64,000 nt of DNA. It comes from Opitutia bacterium (lineage in GTDB: Bacteria > Verrucomicrobiota > Verrucomicrobiia > Opitutales > Opitutaceae). Shown here piece after piece: positions 48,901 through 58,400 of the stretch. Made by a program: the position numbers and the translations under genes. The stretch's first letter is position 1, and each line of letters opens with the position of its first letter. The stretch spans positions 233,501 to 297,500 of the forward strand of contig JACRHT010000003.1 in assembly GCA_016217545.1 (NCBI GenBank). Direction: 5' to 3'. The notes beneath the pieces are model-generated. The model had not been told where the DNA came from. It saw nothing but the letters and a program-made list of their open reading frames with translations, and made no database searches.

Positions 48901-50120
48901 TCGCCGAGGCCGAAGGCTTTCATGCGCAGGATGACGTCCGCGAGATTGCTGCGCTGGATTTCCGGCTGCGCGAAACGCGGGCGCTCGTTGAAATCCTGCT
49001 CCGAATAGAGGCGGATGCACACGCCGTTGCTCACGCGGCCGCAGCGGCCCTTGCGCTGGTCGGCGCTGCTCTGCGCCACCGGTTCGACGGGCAGCCGGCG
49101 CGTGCGGCTCTGCGGCACGTAGCGGCTGATGCGCGCGAGGCCGGTGTCGATGACGAAGCGGATACCGGGAATGGTGAGCGAGGTCTCCGCGATGTTCGTC
49201 GCGACGACGATTTTCCGTTTCTGCGTCGGCGCGAAGACGCGTTGCTGCTCGGCGTTGGTCAACCGGCCGAAGAGCGGCACGATCTCGATGTGTCGCGCCT
49301 TGCGCCCTTCGAGTTGATCGGTGACTTCGCGGATGTCGCGCTCCGTCGGGAGAAACACGAGGATATCGCCGTCCGCGCTCTCGCGCAGCACGCGCTCGAC
49401 CGCCTCGACCGCACCGTCGATGTAGGTGAACTCGTCGCGATCGCGCCGTGTAGCCGAGGGCGTCGACCCCGGCCCGGGGCCATCGGCCCCGGCTACAGCC
49501 ATTTCCTCCAGCGGCGCATAAATCACCTCCACCGGATACGTGCGCCCCGACACTTCGACGATCGGTGCGCCGTCAAACGCCTCGGAAAACGCCTGCGTGT
49601 CGATCGTCGCCGAGGTGATCACGATCTTCAGGTCCGGCCGGCGCAGGCGCAGGCGGCGAAGGTGGCCGAGGATGAAATCGATGTTGAGCGAGCGCTCGTG
49701 CGCCTCGTCGACGATGATGGCGTCGTATTCGCGCAGCTCGGGATCGCCCTGCAACTCGGCGAGCAGCATGCCGTCGGTCATGAACTTCACGACGGTTTGC
49801 GACGAGGTCTGGTCGGCGAAGCGGATTTTGCAGCCGACCTCCTTGCCCCAATCGACGTTCAGCTCCTCGGCCACGCGGCGCGACACCGACGCCGCCGCAA
49901 CGCGGCGCGGCTGCGTGCAGGCGATCTTGCCGCGCGTGCCACCGCCGGCGGCGAGGACCATTTTGGGAATCTGCGTCGTCTTGCCCGAGCCGGTTTCGCC
50001 GGCGAGCACGATCACCTGGTGTTTCAGCAGCAGGCCGATGATTTCGTCCGCGCGCGCGCTGATCGGCAGTTCCGGGGGGAACTCGATGCGGAAGCTCGGT
50101 TGTGGGCGTGGCGGCGGCAT
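45948..50120 (-). CDS. hrpA: ATP-dependent RNA helicase HrpA (DEAH-box)
   Basis: Start ATG 50120 (MPPPRPQPSFRIEFPPELPI...). Motifs GETGSGKTTQ, DEAHERS, SATID, TNIAETSLT and QRKGRCGR, plus a long HrpA C-terminal region. The track ORF extension to 50801 is rejected. Confidence 0.9.
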   Translation of the reverse strand: MPPPRPQPSFRIEFPPELPISARADEIIGLLLKHQVIVLAGETGSGKTTQIPKMVLAAGGGTRGKIACTQPRRVAAASVSRRVAEELNVDWGKEVGCKIRFADQTSSQTVVKFMTDGMLLAELQGDPELREYDAIIVDEAHERSLNIDFILGHLRRLRLRRPDLKIVITSATIDTQAFSEAFDGAPIVEVSGRTYPVEVIYAPLEEMAVAGADGPGPGSTPSATRRDRDEFTYIDGAVEAVERVLRESADGDILVFLPTERDIREVTDQLEGRKARHIEIVPLFGRLTNAEQQRVFAPTQKRKIVVATNIAETSLTIPGIRFVIDTGLARISRYVPQSRTRRLPVEPVAQSSADQRKGRCGRVSNGVCIRLYSEQDFNERPRFAQPEIQRSNLADVILRMKAFGLGDIEEFPFLNAPPAKGIRAGYALLHELGAIDEAGVLTELGRDLARLPVDPTVGRMVLQARDEKCMAEALIIAAALSIQDPRERPLDAQQKADAAHRRFTHPDSDFLTLLSIWEAYHDDFETMTLGKLRKFCTSHFLSFMRMREWRDVHAQLIDTIEGGEGFEDTSVFDGAGADPRDAGRAARRKAAATPESVRDLVPGSPGYRAIHRAILAGLLGNIATRLDDGTYHAAHDRKVAVFPGSSLFERPQREKVVAPRKEGPAKPKVARWLMASEIMETGRIYARTCARIDPLWALDLGAHLLRVSHSEPFWSIESGRVLVKERRRLYNLELDTRSVGYGKIDPKHATEIFIREGLVGDTVTFPLDFIAHNRRIREKAESVLTRLRAAGYMNLDEAVYRFYARRLMPEGRANPPDEPPVAARQGAARRDDSPYLGISSVPELVDYVRHRQTTEPKFLFLGEDDLKPQIEETHDHGAFPEQLPLENRALPLNYAYKPGQDDDGVTLRVNLDEAADLSPATLDWAVPGHLREKIELMLKALPKEQRRTLIPLAETAQKITDEIQLIAARAPQPTLAQALAEVLTQRLGVRIDPRVWDARTLPDHLRVRVEVLDRRGAVLGASRDLAELQSQLGTKQREVSQRAAKADNATWRAAREKWEKPPADGWKFGDLPESVVVSEQAGVPVLAYPGLQAGDAGVAVRLFATSEEARAATRVGLRRLLETALRYELGWLEKDLRDLRAIGTLTVTLAPLEKLQADALESIRRWVTEGGRVGAVALNGPAASEAKAVGGNRPYLTKENFERAVGDAKADLRGLVPKLVDWLRETLTLRLALQTHKTPYPGMEGDLGALLPPDFLRRTPFARVKELPRYLKGMQARAERWKRDPAKDASRARELQPFVQALQRLGDKAGEFRWLVEEFRVSLFAQELGTAEPVSAVRLEKVLRDLAAGKEGEAAAGGDAAPAKPKVAVSLPTQGKTVFKSFGALGNLPR
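46535..46605. repeat. Palindromic element family A inserted in-frame within hrpA (copy 1)
   Basis: GGTAGGGGCGGTTGCCCCCAACCGCC...GGGCCGTTGAGGGCAACGGCCCCTACC. The right arm is identical to the intergenic copy at 22946-22972. It encodes ...GRVGAVALNGPAASEAKAVGGNRPY.... Confidence 0.7.
47615..47690. repeat. Palindromic element family A-like, within hrpA (copy 2, more degenerate)
   Basis: GGTAGGGCGA (47615-47624) and TCGCCCTACC (47681-47690) are perfect 10-bp inverted termini. The region encodes ...EGRANPPDEPPVAARQGAARRDDSPY.... Confidence 0.5.
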
Positions 50121-50234
50121 GCGCGAAGAGACAGAGTGAAAGCGCGAACGTTGCCGCGTCGAGGCACGAAAAACGCGCCCCACCCACCCTCGAACCAATA
50201 ACACGCTTGGCACGCATGGCGGCGGCGCCCATCG

Positions 50235-50780
50235 ATGACGGTTCACATGTCCCGCGTCACGCCGCCGCTCCTGCCCGAACAACGCCTCGAAAAGGTGCTG
50301 GGCGTCGCGCGCGCGGACGCGTTGGGCGTCTTCGTCTGCGCGGGCGCGAGCGTTCTCGTGAGCGGCGCGCAGGAGGATTGGATCATGTGCGGGTTCTCGC
50401 TGCTCGCGCTCGTGGCCGGCGGGATGGAATGGCACGGTTACCAACGCTTGCGCGATCGCGACCTCGGCGGCCTGCAGTGGCTGCTCGGCGCGCAGGGTTG
50501 CCTCTATACCGTCATCGCGGCCTACGCGCTGTGGCGGCTGCAGCATTTCAACGCGATGGCGTATTGGGCGGAGCTGCCCGAGGAGGCACGCACGCAGATC
50601 GACGAGCAGTTGAAGCAGAACGGCCTCAACGCCGACACCGATCGCGCCCTCCTGTTGCGCACGATGAATTTCCTGGTCTGCACCGTGTTGATTTTCGTGA
50701 GCACGCTCTACCAAGGCGGCCTCACGTGGTTTTACCGGCGCCATCGCGGCGCGATTGCCGAGGCGCTGCACGGCAAGTGA
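50235..50780 (+). CDS. Hypothetical membrane protein
   Basis: 181 aa (alternative ATG 50247) with about 4 TM segments. Its amino-acid composition looks protein-like, unlike the Arg-rich antisense frame. Divergent from hrpA. Confidence 0.55.
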   Translation: MTVHMSRVTPPLLPEQRLEKVLGVARADALGVFVCAGASVLVSGAQEDWIMCGFSLLALVAGGMEWHGYQRLRDRDLGGLQWLLGAQGCLYTVIAAYALWRLQHFNAMAYWAELPEEARTQIDEQLKQNGLNADTDRALLLRTMNFLVCTVLIFVSTLYQGGLTWFYRRHRGAIAEALHGK

Positions 50781-50908
50781 GCGCTCCGGCGAGATTGTCA
50801 CCTGCTGAGGATCGCGGGATGAAGTGGCGAAGCGTGTGGTAGGGCAGGACGGACGCGGGCTAAAACCCCCTCGACGACTGCGTCATACTGCGGTTCACTG
50901 CCCGCCCC

Positions 50909-52234
<1,326 letters not shown>

Positions 52235-52250
52235 TCCGTCGCAGACCGGA

Positions 52251-54767
52251 CTATTGCGACCTCGCCGCGTAGCGTGCGGCGAGTTCCGGCTTGCCCATGC
52301 CTTGGTAAAGCCGGACCAACCGCTCGCGCGTCGCCTTGGTCTCCCAACCGCGCGGGCCGGCGATGTCGGGCAGCACCGCGTGCGCGGCGAGGAGCAGCGG
52401 CTCGGCTTCGGCCCAGCGCTGCTGCTGGAGGAGCGCCTCGGCGAGCAGGCTTTGCGTGCTCAGGACCCGCCAGCCCTCCGGCGGGTAGCGGTGGCGCTGG
52501 ATCTCGACCGCGGAACGGAGGAATTTTTCGGCCTCGGCGGCCATGCCGCCACGGACCAGGAGCACGCGGGCCAGCTCGAGTTGGGTGACGGCGATGTGCG
52601 TCGGGTTGTTGGTGGGATCCTCGCTCATGAGCGCGAGCGCGGTGCGCAACTCGCGTTCGGCGGCGTCGAGCCGCCCGGCATGGCACCACGCGGCGCCGAG
52701 GCGGCCGCGCGCGGAGGCGACGCGCCAGTCCTTCGGACCAAGCAGGCGAGTGTAGAGCGTGATGGCGTCCTGGAAGAATTTCTCCGCACCGGCGATATCG
52801 CCCATGTCGACGTGGACCCGACCAAGCGCCACATAACTCGCCGCAATATTCGGGTGCTCCGCGGTGACGAGGCGGCGGAACATGTCGGAGGCGAGGCGAA
52901 GATCGCGCTCGGCCTCGATGAGCTGGCCGAGATGCCACTCGACATCGGCGATGTCGCCGAGGACGGTCGAAATCTGGCCGTGCTCCGCGCCGAATTGCGC
53001 ATGACGCAGTTCGAGCGCGCGGCGGAAGTTCACCTCGGCACGCTCGACCTGCTCGAGCGCCATGTAGTTGCGGCCGAGCTCCAAGTAGGTGGACGCGAGG
53101 TTGTCCATGCCATCTGTGCCGGGGAGCTGCCGATCAATTTTCACAGCGCGCTCGAGGCACGCGACGGCGCGCATGAAGTCGCCGCGTCCGCGGTAGATGA
53201 CCGCCAAATCCTCGAGCGCCCGCGCGAGCGCCACGGTGGGAGTCGGCAGATCGCGCGCGGCTTGCAGGGCGCGTTGCAACAGGGCCTCGGCCTCGCTGCG
53301 CTTTCCGCCGCGCATGATGGTGCGCGCGGTGGTGCCGAGGATCTCGACCTGCATCGCCGGGTCGTCGGCGAAGTCGCGCTGCACGCTCGCGAGGGCCTCG
53401 TCCCGTTCCTTCGGCCCGAAGATTTTTTGCGGGTCGTTGGAGCTGAGTTGGAGCATGAGCAACTCGCTGACGGCGGCGGAGCGCTTGCTGGCGCGCTCGG
53501 CGAGGTCGCGCTCGCGGGCGAGGCGGAAGGTGTAGAAACCGACGACGCCGGCGAGGGCGAGGACCGCGGTCGCGGTCACCGCCACGGCGGCGGTGTTGCG
53601 ACGGACGAATTTCCGGCAGCGGTAGCTCAGCGTGGCGGGGCGCGCGGTGACGGGTTCGTCGCGCAGGTAATTTTCCACATCGCGCGCAAGGTCCTCGGCG
53701 CTGTCGTAGCGGCGGTTGCGATCGGCATCGAGGCACTTGAGCACGATCTGATCGAGGTCTCCCTTGAGGTCGGCCACGAGGCGGGCGGCAGTCTGCGCGC
53801 GTTCCGCGGCGCGGCGTTCGCGCTCGGCGGCATCGAACGCGCGCAGGCGCACGGATGGCGCGAGCGGATCCGGGCGGCGCAGCAGGTTTTGCAGGGGCGG
53901 CGTGCTCCCGTCGCGCTCCAGCGTCGCATCGAACGGCGGCACGCCCACGAGCAATTCGTAGAGGACCGCGCCGAGGGCGAAGACGTCGCTGCGCGTGTCG
54001 ACGTCGCCGCTCGCGCCGGCGAGTTGCTCCGGGCTCATGTAGGCCGGCGTGCCGACGAAGAGGTTGAGCCGGGTATATTGCGTGCGCGGGTCGCCGTCGG
54101 CGCGCACGGCCTTGGCGATGCCGAAGTCGATCACCTTCGTGGTGAAGTGCTCGCCCTCGCGGCCGACGAGCATGTTCGAGGGTTTCAGGTCGCGATGGAT
54201 GACGCCCTTCTGATGCGCGTGTTGCACGGCGCGGCAGACCTGCAGGAAAATCCCGAGCCGGGCGCGCAATCCGATCCGTTCTTCGCGGCAAAAAGTCGTG
54301 ATCGGTCGGCCGCCGACGAGTTCCATCACGAAATAGGGGCGGCCCGCCGGGGTCGCGCCGCCGTCGAGCACGCGGGCGATGTTGGGATGGCTCATCAGCG
54401 CGAGCGCCTGCCGCTCCGCTTGGAAGCGCGCGATCACCGCCCGGGTGTCCATGCCGAGCTTCAGGATTTTCAACGCCACGCTGCGTCGCATCGGCTGCTC
54501 TTGCTCGGCGCGGTAGACGACGCCGAAGCCGCCTTCGCCGATCTTCTCCACGAGCGTGTAGGGGCCGATGCGCGTGCCGACGCGTTCGCCGATCTCGGCC
54601 TCGTCGCCGCTGAGGAACCCGCCGGCCGCGTCCGCCGCGGTGAGCAGGGACTCGACGCGCGCGCGCAGCGCGAGGTCGTCGCCGCAGGCGCGCGCGAGGA
54701 AATCCGCGCGCTCGGCCGCCGGCAGTTCCAGGGCCTCGTCGAAGATCTGCCGTTCGCGATTGGGCAT
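52251..54767 (-). CDS. Ser/Thr protein kinase with a TM segment and C-terminal TPR repeats
   Basis: 838 aa. Hanks kinase motifs GEGGFGVVY, VALK, HRDLKPSN, DFGIAK and PAYMSPEQ, then a TM (AAVAVTATAVLALAGVVGFY) and multiple TPR units. Confidence 0.9.
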   Translation of the reverse strand: MPNRERQIFDEALELPAAERADFLARACGDDLALRARVESLLTAADAAGGFLSGDEAEIGERVGTRIGPYTLVEKIGEGGFGVVYRAEQEQPMRRSVALKILKLGMDTRAVIARFQAERQALALMSHPNIARVLDGGATPAGRPYFVMELVGGRPITTFCREERIGLRARLGIFLQVCRAVQHAHQKGVIHRDLKPSNMLVGREGEHFTTKVIDFGIAKAVRADGDPRTQYTRLNLFVGTPAYMSPEQLAGASGDVDTRSDVFALGAVLYELLVGVPPFDATLERDGSTPPLQNLLRRPDPLAPSVRLRAFDAAERERRAAERAQTAARLVADLKGDLDQIVLKCLDADRNRRYDSAEDLARDVENYLRDEPVTARPATLSYRCRKFVRRNTAAVAVTATAVLALAGVVGFYTFRLARERDLAERASKRSAAVSELLMLQLSSNDPQKIFGPKERDEALASVQRDFADDPAMQVEILGTTARTIMRGGKRSEAEALLQRALQAARDLPTPTVALARALEDLAVIYRGRGDFMRAVACLERAVKIDRQLPGTDGMDNLASTYLELGRNYMALEQVERAEVNFRRALELRHAQFGAEHGQISTVLGDIADVEWHLGQLIEAERDLRLASDMFRRLVTAEHPNIAASYVALGRVHVDMGDIAGAEKFFQDAITLYTRLLGPKDWRVASARGRLGAAWCHAGRLDAAERELRTALALMSEDPTNNPTHIAVTQLELARVLLVRGGMAAEAEKFLRSAVEIQRHRYPPEGWRVLSTQSLLAEALLQQQRWAEAEPLLLAAHAVLPDIAGPRGWETKATRERLVRLYQGMGKPELAARYAARSQ

Positions 54768-54770
54768 GAT

Positions 54771-55340
54771 TCAGGGCGCCGGCGTTTCGCTCGCCCGGAT
54801 CTTCTCGAACAACCAGGCACGGGCGTAGGCCCAGGTGCGCTTGGCGGTGCGTTCGGAGATGCCGAGCAATTCGGCGGCTTGCGTGAAGGTGAATCCGCCG
54901 AAGAAACGCAGGCGCACGAGCTCGGCGGCGTCGGGGTCGAGCACGGCGAGGCGCTCGAGGGCGTCGTTGAGCGCGAGCACGCTTTCCTCGGTGGCGTCGG
55001 CGGCGACCTGGATGGCGTCGAGATCGACGCGCACGAGTTTGCCGCCGTGGCGGACCGCGGCCTTGCGGCGCGCGCGGTCGACGAGGATGTGCCGCATGGT
55101 CTCGGACGCGGAGGCGAAGAAGTGGCGACGGTTCTCCCACGTGCGGGTCGGATCAGCGAGGAGCTTGAGGAAAGCTTCGTGCACGAGCGCGGTGGGTTGG
55201 AGAGTCTGGCCGCCGGGTTGTTTGGCGAGCTTCAGGGCGGCAGCGTGGCGGAGTTCCTCATACATCAACGGAAGGAGCTGCGCCGCACCTTGCGGGTCCT
55301 GCTCCTGCGCGGCGCGCAGCACTTGAGTGAGTTCCGACAT
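54771..55340 (-). CDS. ECF sigma factor, TIGR02999 (kinase-associated) type
   Basis: 189 aa. The N-terminal pattern LTQVL...A..LLPLMYEELRHAA...TLQPTALVHEAFLKLL is characteristic of the ECF family that pairs with Ser/Thr kinases. Its stop is 3 nt before the kinase start. Confidence 0.85.
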   Translation of the reverse strand: MSELTQVLRAAQEQDPQGAAQLLPLMYEELRHAAALKLAKQPGGQTLQPTALVHEAFLKLLADPTRTWENRRHFFASASETMRHILVDRARRKAAVRHGGKLVRVDLDAIQVAADATEESVLALNDALERLAVLDPDAAELVRLRFFGGFTFTQAAELLGISERTAKRTWAYARAWLFEKIRASETPAP

Positions 55341-55348
55341 TCGTTGGG

Positions 55349-55391
55349 CAAAACAGACAAACCCCGACCGCCAAGCAAGGCGGCCGGGGTT
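55349..55391 (-). terminator. Rho-independent terminator after the giant gene
   Basis: The minus strand reads AACCCCGGCCGCC-UUGCUU-GGCGGUCGGGGUU followed by UGUCUGUUUUG. It separates the giant gene from the ECF sigma gene. Confidence 0.7.
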
Positions 55392-55411
55392 AGCCGAAAG
55401 GCCCCTTGGGG

Positions 55412-58400
55412 TTACAATCCCGTGACGACGCCCGCGGCCGTGACGTCGACCTTGAGCGTGCCTTGGCCCGTGGTCATCACGCTGCCGCCGGGGGCGATGG
55501 TGATGACGGTGGAGCCGTTGGCGACGGCAGCGGTGACGGTGTAGCCGGTGCTGGGCGCGAGGTCGGCCACGAGGACGTAGGTGTCCTCGGTCGGGACCGT
55601 GAGGGTGAAGCTGCCGGCGATGGGCGCGGCGCTCTTGCTGAAGAGCACGGCGTAGTTGCCGGCGGCGTTGTGGATGATGGTGCCCTCGGCGGCGGCCGTG
55701 CTGAGGTTGCCCGCGGCGGCGGTGAGCGCGGTGACGTTGCCGGCTTGCGCGGCGGACGCAGAGGCGTCGAGCACGGTGAGCCAGGTGTTGGTCGCGGCGG
55801 GCGTGCCGGGGCGGACTTCGAGGCGGTAGACCTTGTGGTAGTTGAACAGGTCGACGGTGTTCACGACGTGGCCGGCGGGCAGCACGGTGGTCACGCGGCC
55901 GCGGAAGAGGTTACCCCCGAAAGCGGCGCGAGTGTCGAGGACGTCGAAGCGGTGCGTGCCGGCGGCGGCGGTCTGCTCGGTGGGAGCGGCGGCGACGTGC
56001 CACGCCATCCAGTTGTCGGTGGCGGCGTTGTTCACCGCAGTGCGGTCGTGCACGACGAAGAGTTGCGGACGCAGGTAGACGACGGTGCGAGTCCAGAGAT
56101 CGATGGGGTGATCGCTGAAATACATCCCCTCGAGATTGGCGCCGCGCATGAGGACGTAGTCGGTGCCTTCCTCGAAGCGCGAGAGCGTGGTGGCGGTTTC
56201 GCCGGGGCCGGAAGCGCCTTGGCCGTAGTAGCCGCCGGTGCGGGCCGCGTAGTAGGTGTTGAAGATGCGGCGCGCGCCGGGGACGCCGTCGACGGGCGAG
56301 CGGTCGTAGACCTCGTTGTAGATGTTGGTGAAGACGCTGCCGGCGCCGTCGGAGGTGCCGGGGGTGTTGCGCAGGAGCGCGCCCCAAGCGTTGACGACGA
56401 ACTGCACGCCGCCGCGCTGGATGGCGAGGCCGCCTTGGTCGAAGTGTTCCTCGGCCGACTGGTCGTAGCCGGTGTAGGGGCCGGCTTGGAACGAGGCCCA
56501 CACGGCGTCGCTGGCCCACGAGCTGCGCATGGCGACTTCGCCGGCGCCGGGCGTGGCGTAGCTGAGCGCGGTGCGGTAGGCGGCGGTGGGCGCGGTGTTG
56601 TCGAAGAACAGGAAGTCGGCCCAAGGCTGGATGCTGTTCACGCCTTGCTGGCTGCGGAGGTCGAGCGTGTAGCGCTGCGCCATCGGAGTGTTGTCGCCGT
56701 TGGAGAGACGGAGGAGGCCGGTGTATTCGGTGGCCCAGGTGGCGTCGGTGGAGGTGAAGTTGTCGCCGTCGTAGATGAGGCCACGATCGGAGACGGTCTT
56801 CATGTCGGGCCAGGTGAACTGGGTGACCCACTTGACGTTGCCGTCGGGATAACCGTGCGGGTGCTCGGCGTCGTGGATGAGATCGAGGCCCTTGGCGGTG
56901 AAGGCGGCCGCGAGCGGGCGGAGCATAGCGAGGGTCTCACCCTTGCCGTAGCCCCAGCCGTCGGGAGCGGAGCCGCCACTGAGCCACTGCTGGTGGAAGG
57001 GTTGCACGAAGTTGAAGTGCACGCGAGTGAGCCAGTCGTTCCACATGGCGGGGCCTTGGGGATTCTCGCCTTCGGTGGCGAGGGCGCCGAGGGCCTTGGC
57101 CGAGTAGTAACCGGCGAAGTAGTTGCCTTGCGGGAAGGAGCGGCCGAAGCCGCCGGACTCGTAGTCGGCGATCCAGCGGTTGATCTCGGTGTAGATCTGC
57201 GCGCGGTCGGAATCGGTGAGGGTCTCGAAGATCCAGTCGTAACCGATCGCGAGCGCGGGCACGTAGGCGCGGATCGCCCAGCCGGAGTCGATCAGCGAGC
57301 GTCCGTGGTGGATCGGGTCGGAGAGGGCGAGGAGCACCTCGCGCTCCTTGGCGGCGTAGCGCGCGGCGCGGACCGGATCGACGGTCTTGGCGACCATGTA
57401 GCCGAGCGCGAGCTCGAAGGACGGCTGCATGTAATCGTAGTATTGGTAGCCGCCGCAGATGGTGTCGCTGGCGTTGGGCTCGTCAGGATAGGCGACGCGC
57501 CAAGTGACGTAGGTGTCGCAGGCGTTGCGGAGGCGAATCCAGGCGGGATCGTTGGCCTGCGCGCGCGCCACGAGAGCGGCGAGCGAAGCGGGCGTCACCC
57601 AGATGCGCGGGTGCGAGACGTTGCCGGTGCCGGGCACGTAGATCGTGACGACCGTGGAGCGCGTGCTGGTGCCGATCTCGTTGGTCGCGCTCAGCGTGTA
57701 GGTGGTGGTGGCGCTCGGTGAGACGGTGTAGCTGTTGCCCGTGACTTCGCCGATGTCGGGCGAGATGCTGATGCGATCCGCGCCGGAGACCGACCACTTG
57801 AGCGTGGAATTGGCGCCCGCCTGGATGAAGGCCGGCTGCGCGTAGAAGGAACCGATGACCGGAGCCGTCGGACCGGTGACAGTCACCGTCGTCGTGGCGG
57901 TGGCGCTGGAGCTGCCGAGCGAGGCCGTGATGGTGTAGGTCGTGGTGGTGGCCGGCGTGACGGTGTAGCTGTTGCCGGTGACGATGCCGGGGCTCGCGCC
58001 GACATCGGCGGCGATGGTGACCTTGTCGGCGTTGGCGACGGACCAGTTCAGCGTCGTGGAGGAGCCGATCGCGATCGTCTCCGGCGAGGCGGCGAAGGAG
58101 CTGATCGTCGGGGTCGGCGGCGGACCGACGCGCACGGTGAGCGATTTGAAGATCGTGGTGTTGGTTTCGCCGTTCCAACCGGAGACGGAGTAGCGAGTCG
58201 TGGTCTGCGGGCGAACGACGAGCGTGCCGTTGGCCGGGACGGAGCCGGGGTCGCCGCCGGCGTCGGCGGACATCCACAGGCTGCCCATCTTCGTGGTGGT
58301 CCAGGCGAGCGTGACGGCTTCGCCGGCCTCGATGCTGTCGGACGAGGCGGTGAAGGTGTCGATCGACGGGCCGGTGGAAGTGCTGACCGTGACGGTGGCC

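Noticed and set aside
45450-50201. 1583-aa plus-strand ORF antisense to hrpA
   Set aside because: Arg/Ala/Leu/Glu-rich with no motifs. The minus strand carries the full DEAH helicase motif set.
50121-50801. Upstream extension of the hrpA ORF (track start 50801)
   Set aside because: The extension has no helicase similarity and overlaps a plausible plus-strand membrane-protein gene. ATG 50120 lies just before the first helicase motif region.
52254-55544. 1096-aa plus-strand ORF antisense to the Ser/Thr kinase and ECF sigma genes
   Set aside because: Low-complexity antisense artefact. The minus-strand genes have diagnostic kinase and sigma motifs.
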